From NCBI RefSeq assembly GCF_046119375.1, contig NW_027362764.1, positions 604,066,001 through 604,130,000 of the forward strand: a DNA stretch of 64,000 nt. The letters run 5' to 3'. This stretch comes from Phyllobates terribilis. Lineage: Eukaryota. The notes below the pieces were generated by a model. It worked only from the letters and a program-made list of their open reading frames with translations, did no database searches and was not told where the DNA came from. Positions 38,557 through 50,070 of this stretch are shown one piece after another. Positions within the stretch are counted from its first letter, which is position 1. Each line of letters starts with the position of its first letter. Made by a program: the position numbers and the translations under genes.

Positions 38557-38649
38557 GTTACAATACAGCCTGGATGTGGCAGACAGGCTGGCTGATGAAC
38601 ATGTTCTCATCGGGGTATATGCCAATATGCTGCAGAACAACCTTTCACG
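38557..38649 (+). CDS. dtna: dtna exon 13 cassette, syntrophin-binding site (LQYSLDVADRLADEHVLIGVYANMLQNNLSR)
   Basis: TTCTAG acceptor, CG|GTTAGT donor; 93 nt; phase 2-2. Confidence 0.96.
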
Positions 38650-39078
38650 GTTAGTTAAGGCTTGGCAAATGTCTTGTTTGTACAAAATGGAGGTTGACGC
38701 AAATGATGGTCACTTGTTGTTGAAACTTAGTGAGCCAAGTCAGATGCCTTCAGCATGTGCTCAGGTGGCCCGGCTACGGGAGAGATCTGTGTAAGAAGGG
38801 ACTGAGCTTGCATCATGCTCTCGATACAAAGCTGCGTCGACTCTGGTTTTACAGATGATGTTATTATTCCTTTTCACTATTTATTTTTTACACCGATACT
38901 AATCTGATTTAGAAGTGTGATTACTTTATTCATTTGTCTGCAGGAAGTATTGTCTAGTTTTAAGCAAGTTTTCATAATTTCATTCAAATGAGGCTTATTT
39001 ATGTTTTCATTAAAATAGTATGACAATATCCCAGTTATGAAGGCTGCAATGCGCTTCATGTAGTCAGAAATCTGTCTA

Positions 39079-40394
39079 CAGCCAACCAATAGCAATGCCT
39101 CACAATGGGAGCACCGCACAGCCAACCAATAGCAATGCCTCACAATGGGAGCGCCGCACAGCCAACCAATAGCAATGCCTCACAATGGGAGCGCCGCACA
39201 GCCAACCAATAGCAATGCCTCACAATGGGAGCACCGCACAGCCAACCAATAGCAATGCCTCACAATGGGAGCACCGCACAGCCAACCAATAGCAATGCCT
39301 CACAATGGGAGCACCGCACAGCCAACCAATAGCAATGCCTCACAATGGGAGCACCGCACAGCCAACCAATAGCAATGCCTCACAATGGGAGCACCGCACA
39401 GCCAACCAATAGCAATGCCTCACAATGGGAGCACCGCACAGCCAACCAATAGCAATGCCTCACAATGGGAGCACCGCACAGCCAACCAATAGCAATGCCT
39501 CACAATGGGAGCACCGCACAGCCAACCAATAGCAATGCCTCACAATGGGAGCACCGCACAGCCAACCAATAGCAATGCCTCACAATGGGAGCACCGCACA
39601 GCCAACCAATAGCAATGCCTCACAATGGGAGCACCGCACAGCCAACCAATAGCAATGCCTCACAATGGGAGCACCGCACAGCCAACCAATAGCAATGCCT
39701 CACAATGGGAGCACCGCACAGCCAACCAATAGCAATGCCTCACAATGGGAGCACCGCACAGCCAACCAATAGCAATGCCTCACAATGGGAGCACCGCACA
39801 GCCAACCAATAGCAATGCCTCACAATGGGAGCACCGCACAGCCAACCAATAGCAATGCCTCACAATGGGAGCACCGCACAGCCAACCAATAGCAATGCCT
39901 CACAATGGGAGCACCGCACAGCCAACCAATAGCAATGCCTCACAATGGGAGCACCGCACAGCCAACCAATAGCAATGCCTCACAATGGGAGCACCGCACA
40001 GCCAACCAATAGCAATGCCTCACAATGGGAGCACCGCACAGCCAACCAATAGCAATGCCTCACAATGGGAGCACCGCACAGCCAACCAATAGCAATGCCT
40101 CACAATGGGAGCACCGCACAGCCAACCAATAGCAATGCCTCACAATGGGAGCACCGCACAGCCAACCAATAGCAATGCCTCACAATGGGAGCACCGCACA
40201 GCCAACCAATAGCAATGCCTCACAATGGGAGCACCGCACAGCCAACCAATAGCAATGCCTCACAATGGGAGCACCGCACAGCCAACCAATAGCAATGCCT
40301 CACAATGGGAGCACCGCACAGCCAACCAATAGCAATGCCTCACAATGGGAGCACCGCACAGCCAACTAATAGCAATGCCTCACAATGGGAGCAC
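39079..40394. repeat. Highly homogeneous 40-bp minisatellite, about 33 copies
   Basis: Unit CAGCCAACCAATAGCAATGCCTCACAATGGGAGCACCGCA; only three variant units seen. Confidence 0.99.
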
Positions 40395-42287
40395 AACAAA
40401 CAGCCAGGGCACATATTCAAGCACTTTAGCACATCATGGTTTTTTTTAATCTTCACGGCAACAATTTTCAATAAAGTACAGTGCAATATATTTGAATTGC
40501 AATTTCATAAAATCCCATTAACCATTTCTTTCAGATTTCTTTGGGATTTTCAGTACGTTCCATCCATTGTAATGCAACGGTTTGTCTTAAAATTCACATC
40601 TGGAATGTTTTCACATGGAGGTAGATAAGATGAAATCTGCTAGGACTACAAAATACAGTATGCACCAAGTTCTAGCATTGTAAAAGGGAATCTGTTATCA
40701 GGTTTCTGATATGTAACCTGAGAAAAGCATGATGTTGGGGTAGAGACCCTGATTCCAGTGATGTCACTTACTGGACTTTGTGGTGGTTCAATAAATTAAA
40801 TGTTTTATCAGCAGGATATTATCATTAGAGAACCAGTTGTCCCGTGTGATGTAGTCCTCCTGCTCTGTATAATTCCTAATCCCGCCACCAACTATTTGAC
40901 AATGTACACAGAAAACTGTGAATCAGTGGTGTGGGCGGGGTTATACAGAGCTCAGTATTCAGAGCACTGCTAGATCTGCAGCAGAGAAAACGGATTGTAT
41001 CAAAATGCCAGCAAGCAGCTCAGTAAGTGATACAAGGCTGCAATCAGGGTCTCTGCCTCTACACTACACTGCTCTGTGATTACACAGCAAAAACCTGCTG
41101 ACCGATTCCTTTTCATAATACATTTTCAGGCCTTTCTCTACTGCTTAAATATGCCTACTTTTCTAGCCACTAATGAAAGGTAACGAAAGGAAAAAAAAGT
41201 TCAAATTTGGCTTGCTCCAAAATGAATCCCCCCACAGTCTTCAATGCTACGTACACATTTTCTACTTATTTTTCTTTTTTTAATTGTTTAAAGGAGCTAA
41301 AATATGTTACACAACTTTGCTATAGATTTTGACTAAAATATGGCCACATGTATCTTCAGTTCCTATGCAGGCCTATGGATCTTCATGGTAACAAACTACA
41401 TATCCAGTGCAGTAAGATCGTGTAGTCTTACATATTTTCTTCCATCATTTTTTTTGTAAACTTACATTCTTCAGATTAATAAGAAGTACGACTGGATGAT
41501 GAGACGCACTGGATTTGATTGTTGCTGGTTACCATTTTTTAGATACCCATGGGAAGTAAAAATTGGTTTTGAAGGGGGACTCAATAGGGTTGCAGTCAAT
41601 AAAAAGGAATTGTGTAAAAAAGCGTTTTCTTTGCCATTGTCCTCGGACCTCCACTGCTGTGCATTTATGCAATTCTCTTAATGTTTTTGGTTATTCTGTG
41701 TCACTTTAAGGGTATATTCACACAGGAAAGATACACAGCAGAGTGTTTCCCCAGTGAAAAATCCACGGTGTAATTACATTACTAGCAAAGAGGTTTCGAT
41801 TTTACTATTTAATTTCAGCCACAAATTTTGTACAAAAAATCCGTATGGAATCCACATAGAAATCGAACTGCTATGCAGATTTTAAATCAATCCATTTATG
41901 CTGCTGATTTTCACTGCTGATCTTCGCAATACATGGGGTGAAATTGGAGGCATATAACTCGTGATTCTATGTAGAATTTTTCCACTCTTTTTACATCTCG
42001 TGGCTATATCCTAAGTAGGCCTGCTAAAGGGAAATGTGCCAAAAATGTGAACATTAACAGCCATGAAAACTTTTTTCATTAGGTCATAGGAGCATCATAG
42101 CCACTGTAAAGAGCAGCTCTTTGTCTTATTCAACACAACCTCCTAATATATATTAATTTTATAAATCATTAACTCAGTCCATCATTTGTTGCCTTTTACT
42201 ACTACTTACAGTATCTATATTTAAAAAATGTGTTTGAACTGTTGGAGTAATCCCCCAAATATTGTTTGCTTTTTTATTAATGTTTAA

Positions 42288-42714
42288 AGGGAATCTGTTA
42301 CCAGGTATTTGCCACCTAATCTGAGTGCAGCAGGGTAGTGGGGCAGAGACCCTAATTTCAGCAAAGTGTCACTTACTGGCCTACTTACTGCTGTTTTTTT
42401 TCAGGAGGAGAATACCACTAGAGGACTAGTAAACTTGCTGCCATGTAGTCCTCTACATTCATGATGGCTGTATAACTCACCCCCACAGCTGATAGGCAGC
42501 TTTCTGCCTATGCACAGTGTACACAGATAGCTGCTAATCAGTGGTGTGGGGAGGTTAAACAGGGCTAAGCATTCAGAGAACTGGTAGCACTGCTACAGAG
42601 AAAAAGTATAGTTTTATCAAAACTGCAGCAAGCAACCCAGTAAGTGACACATCACTGGAATCAGGGCCTCTGCTCCTACTTCATGCTGGGGTAAAATTCG
42701 GTGACAGATTCCCT
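42288..42714. mobile_element. Family B T2/Kolobok-like MITE (related copies at about 22073-22502, 26490-26868, 35812-36588, 40685-41111 and 51783-52172)
   Basis: TTAA-AGGGAATCTGT...GGTGACAGATTCCCT termini and shared subterminal CAGAGACCCT.ATT.CAGC.A.GTGTCACTTACTG arms. Confidence 0.8.
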
Positions 42715-43264
42715 TTTAAAAGGTACAGGTCCAAAGCCTGAAGCTGCACTACTGATTCCTGTGGATTCAACTTATCATCTATATCAGTGTTCAACAAATA
42801 TACAAATGGGGTAGATTTATGAATTCTTGTCCATAACAAACAATTCTAACATATTGTCCATTTTTCAATTGCACTATAAGTTTGTGACCACATGCGGATG
42901 AAAGTCTGTCAACAGTGATGGCCAATAACTGCGTGTTGTTGTTGCACAACCATGTCGCCATTGGCCCCACCACGGATTGGAGGAGTTTAGCTGTGTGGCT
43001 AGCCGTAACATGTGGCTGCACCCTCATACATGGAAGGTGCTTTGTTATTGGCTTCTTTGAATAACATTTCCTTTTAAACAGTTTTAGAAATTTTCATAAA
43101 AAAATTATTTTATCTAAAGGAGTATTTTACATATCGGATATTGATGGCAAATCCTCAGGATATTTTATGTATGCTTGAAAGAAGAGACCAGCCTCTCGGA
43201 CCCGCACTGATCTTGAGAATACAGATCTCCCGATCCCTGTCTCACAGCTAATATGAACAAATAT

Positions 43265-43951
43265 TGTCACAATGCTGTCTGACAACCTGGGACCAGGTGC
43301 TCCTATCCTGTCCATAACGCTAGTGGCGCCCTAGCTATCCCTGCTCCCCAGGTTACTTCTGATGGTGAAGATGCTGGGGCCACGTACCGTACTGGTCTCC
43401 TGAATCAGCCATTATCTGTCCCCTTCCCCACCCAGGGAAGTGGGGAGGAATAATGTATGTAAATACACAAACCAGTCAAACAAGGAATTTACGTACAGGG
43501 ATAACTGAAAATACCAAACATACAAAATATGCACTCACAGACAACAGAGGGAAAACACCGAAGAGATTAGGAAGGTAAACATAAATAGAAGAGGAAGGGA
43601 CTATGAACACAACCAAAACACCAAGCAACAGTCACAGAACAACTCTCCTTAAATGCCTCTACTGAACACCGAATCCTCCACTCCACACTAGGCAGAACAA
43701 GACTTAACACTGGCAATCCAGATTGCCAGAAGCGAGAATATATAGGAGAGGGGAGTGGCTGATACTGCACAGCTGAAAACTTCCAAGAAGGAAGCTACAG
43801 ATACTCAAAGCTGAGCTGAATAACTCCTGCACTGCTGAAAGAATCTAGCACCATTTATTAAGAGGGAGAAGTGCTTCTACTCAATGCAGGAGTACATGAA
43901 CTCAGACGCTGCGGTCTTCTGGCTCCTCTCTGTCACGGTAAACCTGTGACA
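43265..43951. mobile_element. Solo LTR (687 bp)
   Basis: TGTCAC...GTGACA termini with a perfect 5-bp TSD AATAT (43260-43264 and 43952-43956). Confidence 0.85.
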
Positions 43952-45951
43952 AATATCCTTTGGATACTGGCATAAATGTTACAGCTGAAAATAACCTTTT
44001 AAGCCAGTTAGGCTGTAAATATCGATGGGGATGGTAATTCTGAATCCACGTACTACTGTGAATGACTGTATGAAATGGCTGAATACAACAAATGCAATCC
44101 ATCTATTGTTAATGTTATTTTGTTGCTTCATTTGTTATATCACCCTCTATTCCCATAGTACAAAAACAGCCTAAAACAGATATAGCAAGTGGGGACAAGT
44201 TACACCTCAGAAAGTGACCCAATGATTCTTGGGGAAAAGAAAAAGGAAATTGGTCATTGTAAATGAGGCATAAAGCCCTGCATGTTTTTTTCTAATGTAT
44301 AAAATTGTGATATGATCACACTTTCAGTATTTTACATCAGTATTTGTATGCAAAAACCAGGAGTGGGTGATAGAAACATGTCACCACTTCTGTATTTATT
44401 ATACTTTTCCTCTGATTGTTCCACTCCTGGTTTTGGCTTACAAATACTGATGTAAAATACTGAACGTGTGAATGTGGCCTTACTGACCAATAATTTTCTT
44501 TATTGCCAAGTAAAAGTGTAAAAATGTGCCAGTTTACTGTAATGTAATGGACATTTCAGGAGGTCGGAATGACCAGCAAAGCATCTGCATCGCAGTGTCA
44601 CAAGAAGTAGCTGTCGGTCAAACAAGCATTCATCCGACAATTACCTAGTGTGTACGGCCACCTTGTGTCTTGTTTCTAAATACAAATTTATGTAATCTGA
44701 ATATAGAGCCACAGGGTATTGGGTTATGTCACATGTCCAGTAATTATTAGTTAGAATGGATCCAGCAGCAACCCTTCAACAAAAAAGTTGTGCAGATACA
44801 AGTTTTTTGTCCAACTAAAAAAAACTGATTTTAACTGGATCTGTTTTTTTTAACATTGAAGTCTATGGAAAACTGATCAGTTAAATAGCCCTCAGTTTTT
44901 TTTTCAACTTGAAAAGGATCTGTTTGTTGCTTACTGGATCACTTTCAAATGGAATAAAACAGATGGCTATTTAAAGGATCCGTTTTCCGAAGACTTCAAT
45001 GTTAAAAAAAAAAATCTGTTTTTTTTAGCAGGATAAAAAACTTGTGTTTGCACAACTTTTTTGTTAGAACGGATCCAGCAGCAATGCTTTAACTGATGAT
45101 TACTGGACATGTGAACACAGCCTTACTGATTTTTTTTTTTCTTACTGTTAAATTCAATTTACCGGACAATATAACACTTAAATTGCTGCGTGGGACAGTG
45201 ATTAGATAACTTACTATGACTATGCAGTCCACTGGGGTCCATTCCCACAGAGGTATAACTTAGTGATTTTCCTGCTCATGTGTTCATCACACAATGTAGA
45301 AATGTTATTGTGACTCTTTTTAGTAACATTTTTTTCTCTAAAACGTGAGATTATTTAATATTCAAAAAATAAAATCTGTCCCAAACCTTCCCTGGTATTT
45401 CACTTGCAAGCAGCTGTGGCCTCTTAGAAGAGGTGCCTCATGTTGGGAGCTTGGTCATGCCAGATGTATGTGGTGTATATCATATACAATAGGAACACTA
45501 ATTTATCATTTGTCATAGCCCCAAACTATGGAAGATCCCTGCATTTAAAGCAGTAAAACATTGTAGTTACATTTGTTTTCAGGGCTGTGGAGTTGGTAAG
45601 CCAAACCTCCGACTCCTCAATTTCCATGACTCCACGACTCCGACTCCCTCATACAGGGCTCATGTTTAAGTGATAAATTTACTGTAGCACAGATTCATCT
45701 CAGCTAAAAGTCTAGACCCTTAGATCAGTAATAGGACAGACATTTATAGGACATTTCATAACTTTCCCAAATTCTTATGAAAAAATATTCCCCACAAACT
45801 GCATTGAACTACTATACCCAATTTATTATGTTTTAGGAGTCGGTCCATTTTATACAGACTCCACAGCCCTGTTTGTTTTACATGATATATCGCAAAGATT
45901 TATGCTTCATAATAATTATTTTTCTGTTCATTGAGTGGGCAGACCTTTTAA

Positions 45952-46727
45952 AGGAGTTTTCCGACAAACAAAGTTAATTTTGGCTGTGTCTGACCATGCT
46001 GGAACATGGTCTGATCATACCACAGCTCCTGTGCAGGGGGGAAGCAAAAGAGTACAGCATGGGATCGCAGCTTTTTTGCTTTTTCCCCTGCCCAGGAGAT
46101 GTGGTATGATCAGACCATGTTCCTGTACAGTCAGACACGACCATTACACACTACACAGCAGGGGCACATTTATAAGATTATCTCAGGAACATTTTTTTTT
46201 CCAATTCAAAACTTTATTGAGGATTTTATCATAACATCATGAAACATAAATCAAACCAAGAATTATTCTCGAACATATCAATAAATGAGTGGTCAACATA
46301 GATACAAGACAGACATAAGGGGGGGAAACATCTAGTAAGAGACAGTAGATGGGCACCAGACCTGATGAGAACTTAATGAGACCTCATACCACTCAAGGCA
46401 GATCCAATGATTAGTTTACATAACAATTGATTTAAATAATGGGGAATCCAAAAAGACGTCCCAATGGAACCACTTGTAAACGAACTTGTCCCTTTCCACA
46501 GGAGAGTGGGTAATCAGCGACTCCATACATTGAGTGGTGGCAACCTCCGAGACCCACTCCTCCATAGATGGGGCAATCGTGGATTTCCAATGTCGAGGAA
46601 TGATCGTTTTAGCAGCTTGGATCAGGTGTCAGGAGCATTTTTTTTTTTTAACACATCCAATTGTGGAATTTATTTTTATTCTAAGATCTATTGATTAAAA
46701 TTAACTTTGTTCATGGGAAAACTTCTT
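45952..46727. mobile_element. Family A MITE interrupted by an L1 fragment
   Basis: AGGAGTTTTCC / GGAAAACTTCT termini next to TTAA; the body matches 37409-37964. Confidence 0.8.
46192..46628 (-). mobile_element. 5'-truncated L1-clade LINE (ORF2 C-terminus, 3' UTR, polyA)
   Basis: Minus-strand open frame 46625-46416 reads LIQAAKTIIPRHWKSTIAPSMEEWVSEVATTQCMESL...KFVYKWFHWDVFLDSPLFKSIVM*. AATAAA and a polyA tail follow. TSD-like TCAGGAACATTTTT / TCAGGAGCATTTTT. Confidence 0.8.
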
Positions 46728-47307
46728 TTAATCATTTAAAAGAAGAATTGTCTTTCTGATTAGAGCATCATCATGTGTTTTGTAAAGTCAGTTTGATTTT
46801 TCTAACCGAGTAGAAAAATGAAAGAGACATCCTCATGACCATGTAGTTATGAATTAACTGTCTCCATAACGTGCAAGTATCTTTACACTTTGACATCAGA
46901 GCTACTGGGAATATGATCCCTCTTTGGTTAGTGGAAATGCAAGAATCCATGGAGCGCAAACTACTGCTAAACTGGACTAAAGTTATCACGTGATTACCAA
47001 ATGATAAATAGCGATTTCATGATGTCTGAGTGTATGTAATCCAGACTACAGCTCCCCGGGACAAAATACTCAAAATATGCTTATTACCAAATTGTCTTTA
47101 CTGTACTTAAACATTTTCTTTACAGGTAGAGAATTTAGCAGCAATTTCCAGCTTACACTTGCTCTTTGTAGTAGTGGAGCATATTAAGAAAGTGAAAACA
47201 CCATTCACATACATGCTGCCTGGGTTACTTGCTTATGATGTAATAAGTTTCCAGGTGTAAAATGTTGTTTTTTCCTTTTTCTTCCTGTCCTACATTCCTT
47301 TGCACAG

Positions 47308-47395
47308 AATGCTCGACAGTCCCAGCCGCCTTGATGAAGAACATAGATTGATTGCCAGATATGCAGCGAGACTGGCAGCCGAGACCACGTCTTCA
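47308..47395 (+). CDS. dtna: dtna exon 14, constitutive syntrophin-binding site ([29 protein letters not shown])
   Basis: GCACAG acceptor, GTAAGT donor; 88 nt. Confidence 0.98.
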
Positions 47396-49101
47396 GTAAG
47401 TACCGTACATCTCTCTTAGAATAGGAACAAGAAAGTTACATTTTTGTAAGTCTTCCATGTCCCAATATCTAGTATAATGTTTATTTAGTGCCTTTTAGTG
47501 TTTTTTTACAGCATTGTAATATATGCCGTGCACAGATGTCCAATGCGAGGTGGAGCGGGTGCTCATTTGTCTAATGATACCAGAGCCCTGTTGTAATGCA
47601 TTCTTCCCCTTAAATGCTGTGGTCAGTGCCTGGGCACTGATGGGTTGCCATCGCCCGCACATTCTAACACAAGTCAACTCGCCCCTAACCCAATTCTGCA
47701 ATCTAATCTGTAACTCCCTGCCAGAGTTTTATCCAGCAATATAGAAGTTTTTCAGTGTGTTAAGAAAGCAATAAAATAATCCCATGGTGGGAAAAAAATA
47801 TACAAAAAAAAATCAATACAACTTATAGAAATAAAAATATATATCCTAAGTATATAAAGAAAGCTTTAGTATTTTTTAAGAAAAGCACACATAATTGGTA
47901 TTGCTATGCCTGTAGCAATAACTCAGTTATAAAATGGTCATAAGCAGCAGTACTCCATGTCAAGCAGCAGTTGCAAAAGCAAACAACATTTATAAAAATA
48001 TATAAAGAGAGCGAGAGAAAATCCCATGATCTCAAGGTATTATTATTCCTCTATAAATCACTTGTAAGGCCACATGGGATCCAGTTTTGGGCTCCACATT
48101 AAAAAAAAAAAAGATATTGTGATGTTAGATGCAAGCCGAGCCCACATCTTTCCCGGCTGATCATGGCTGAATCATTCAACCATCATCAGCCTCTAACAAC
48201 GACAGGTGGAGTGGGTCTACTCCTGCGACTCTTAAGATGTTAAATGCCGCTGTCAATTTCTGACCGTGGCATCTAACACACACTGGCGGGAAGGTGGTGG
48301 GGGCGTCATTCCATGCGCCTATGACGTGATCATGGGATGCCAAGACAGCTGGGGATCTGCTGAAGACCTCCATGCTTGTCATGATGATTCTCCTGTAAAA
48401 GCTGGTGTTCATAGGAGACCGTGTTTTCTATTATGCATAGTATACATAGTAGTGCTGATGCACGGCTATGAATAGTACAAGCGATCAGATGATCACAGCT
48501 TTAAGTCCCTTAATGGGACTAACAAATAAGGTAAAAAGTGAAAAAAAAAGTTTTTCAAAATATGAAATAAAAAAATTAAAGTAAAAAAAATGTTTTGCTC
48601 CATTAGAAATCAAGCAATTAAAAATACACATTTGGTATCGCTGCATTTGTAAAAGTCCGATCTATCAAAGTATAAAATAAATTAATCCTATCGGTGTAAC
48701 AAAAAAAAGATCAAAATACCAGAATTATGGTTTTTAGCCACCACAACATTGCAATAATAGGCGATCAAGACTCTACCCCAAAATGGCATCAGTAAAAATG
48801 TCAGTGCAGGGTGCAAAACATAAGCCCTCACACAGCCGCAGATCCCGAAAAATGAAAACGTTACAATCTCAAAGTGGCGACACAAGCAAATTTATTTGTT
48901 GGGTTTTTTTTGTTTTTCTTTTTTTTACAATTTTCCGAATTTTTTTCACCATTTGAATAAAAAAAAAAAAAAAAGTACATGTTTAGTATGTGCGTAATTG
49001 TACTGACCTGGAGAATTATGTTTTGCGAGTCAGATAAATGAAAAAAAAATGCCTTTCATGAGGCCATGTCATAAATGCATAGCATTGAAGAACCTGCTTA
49101 A

Positions 49102-49743
49102 AGGGAATCTGTCACCTCCGGGAGATATCAGATGTCTACTATGGGCCATACAGGGCATAGAAAAGTAAATCTATACATACCTGTATGGCCCATAACAGAG
49201 GTCTAAATGCAGAGAAATGTAGTTTCATCTCCTTGGTTTTTCACAGGCTTTGTGTCCCCCGGATGAAAAGCTATCCCCGCCCATCTGCTTATTATTCCAC
49301 CAATTCCCTGCCTATGTCCACGTTTACCATAGTCCTCCACCCTCCCCGCACGTTATTGATCCCTGTGACCTGAGCTTTTTTTCCTCGCCTCCCAGTGCAT
49401 ACGCAAAGAACGGCTCACAGGGAGCGCGCTTTGTTTCCTCCTGGGCCCGTTTGGCTGAGCACACAGTGCTCTATTGCGCAGGTGCCGGGGAGTCCACAGT
49501 GACTCCCCGGCACCTGCGCAATAGAGCACTACTGCACTGTGCTCAGCCAAACGGGCCCAGGAGGAAACAAAGCGCGCTCCCTGTGAGCCGTTCTTTGCGT
49601 ATGAAAAGCCAAGGAGATAAAACTACATTTCTCTGCATTCGGACCTCTGCTATGGCCCATACAGGTATCTATAGATTTACTTTTCTATACCCTGAATGCC
49701 CATAGTAGAGGTCTGATAACTCCAGAGTGGTGACACATTCCCT
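49102..49743. mobile_element. Foldback TTAA-flanked MITE with an inner palindrome of about 100 bp
   Basis: TTAA-AGGGAATCTGTCACC...GGTGACACATTCCCT-TTAA. Outer IR about 140 bp; inner arms 49398-49494 and 49501-49603. Confidence 0.88.
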
Positions 49744-49978
49744 TTAACATCTGTACAGACTCATTTTTCTTATTATATCACCATGTAAGAGAATAGTCTG
49801 CTGATGTCCTGAAAATAAATAGCATTTCTTGAAGCAAAACAGCTTGAGGCAAACCTCTTGCTTTGTTCTTCCTATACATTCAGCACATCTTGCGGTAGAA
49901 GGTCTATTCCCCTATAGGGTGTCGTTGTGCGGCTTGTGCCGGGGAGATTCTTGATCAGAACGTTTTGTTTTATTGCAG

Positions 49979-50070
49979 CAGAGTCAGCAGAGAGGCCCAG
50001 ACATCTCTTTTACCATCGATGCAAATAAGCAGCAGAGACAGCTTATTGCAGAGCTGGAAAATAAAAACCG
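49979..50070 (+). CDS. dtna: dtna exon 15 (QSQQRGPDISFTIDANKQQRQLIAELENKNR)
   Basis: TTGCAG|CAG tandem acceptor, CG|GTACAG donor; 92 nt; start of coiled-coil H1. Confidence 0.96.

Noticed and set aside
39079-40394. CRISPR-like appearance of the regular repeats (also 9633-10469)
   Set aside because: Head-to-tail units with no unique spacers, no cas genes and a eukaryotic intron context.
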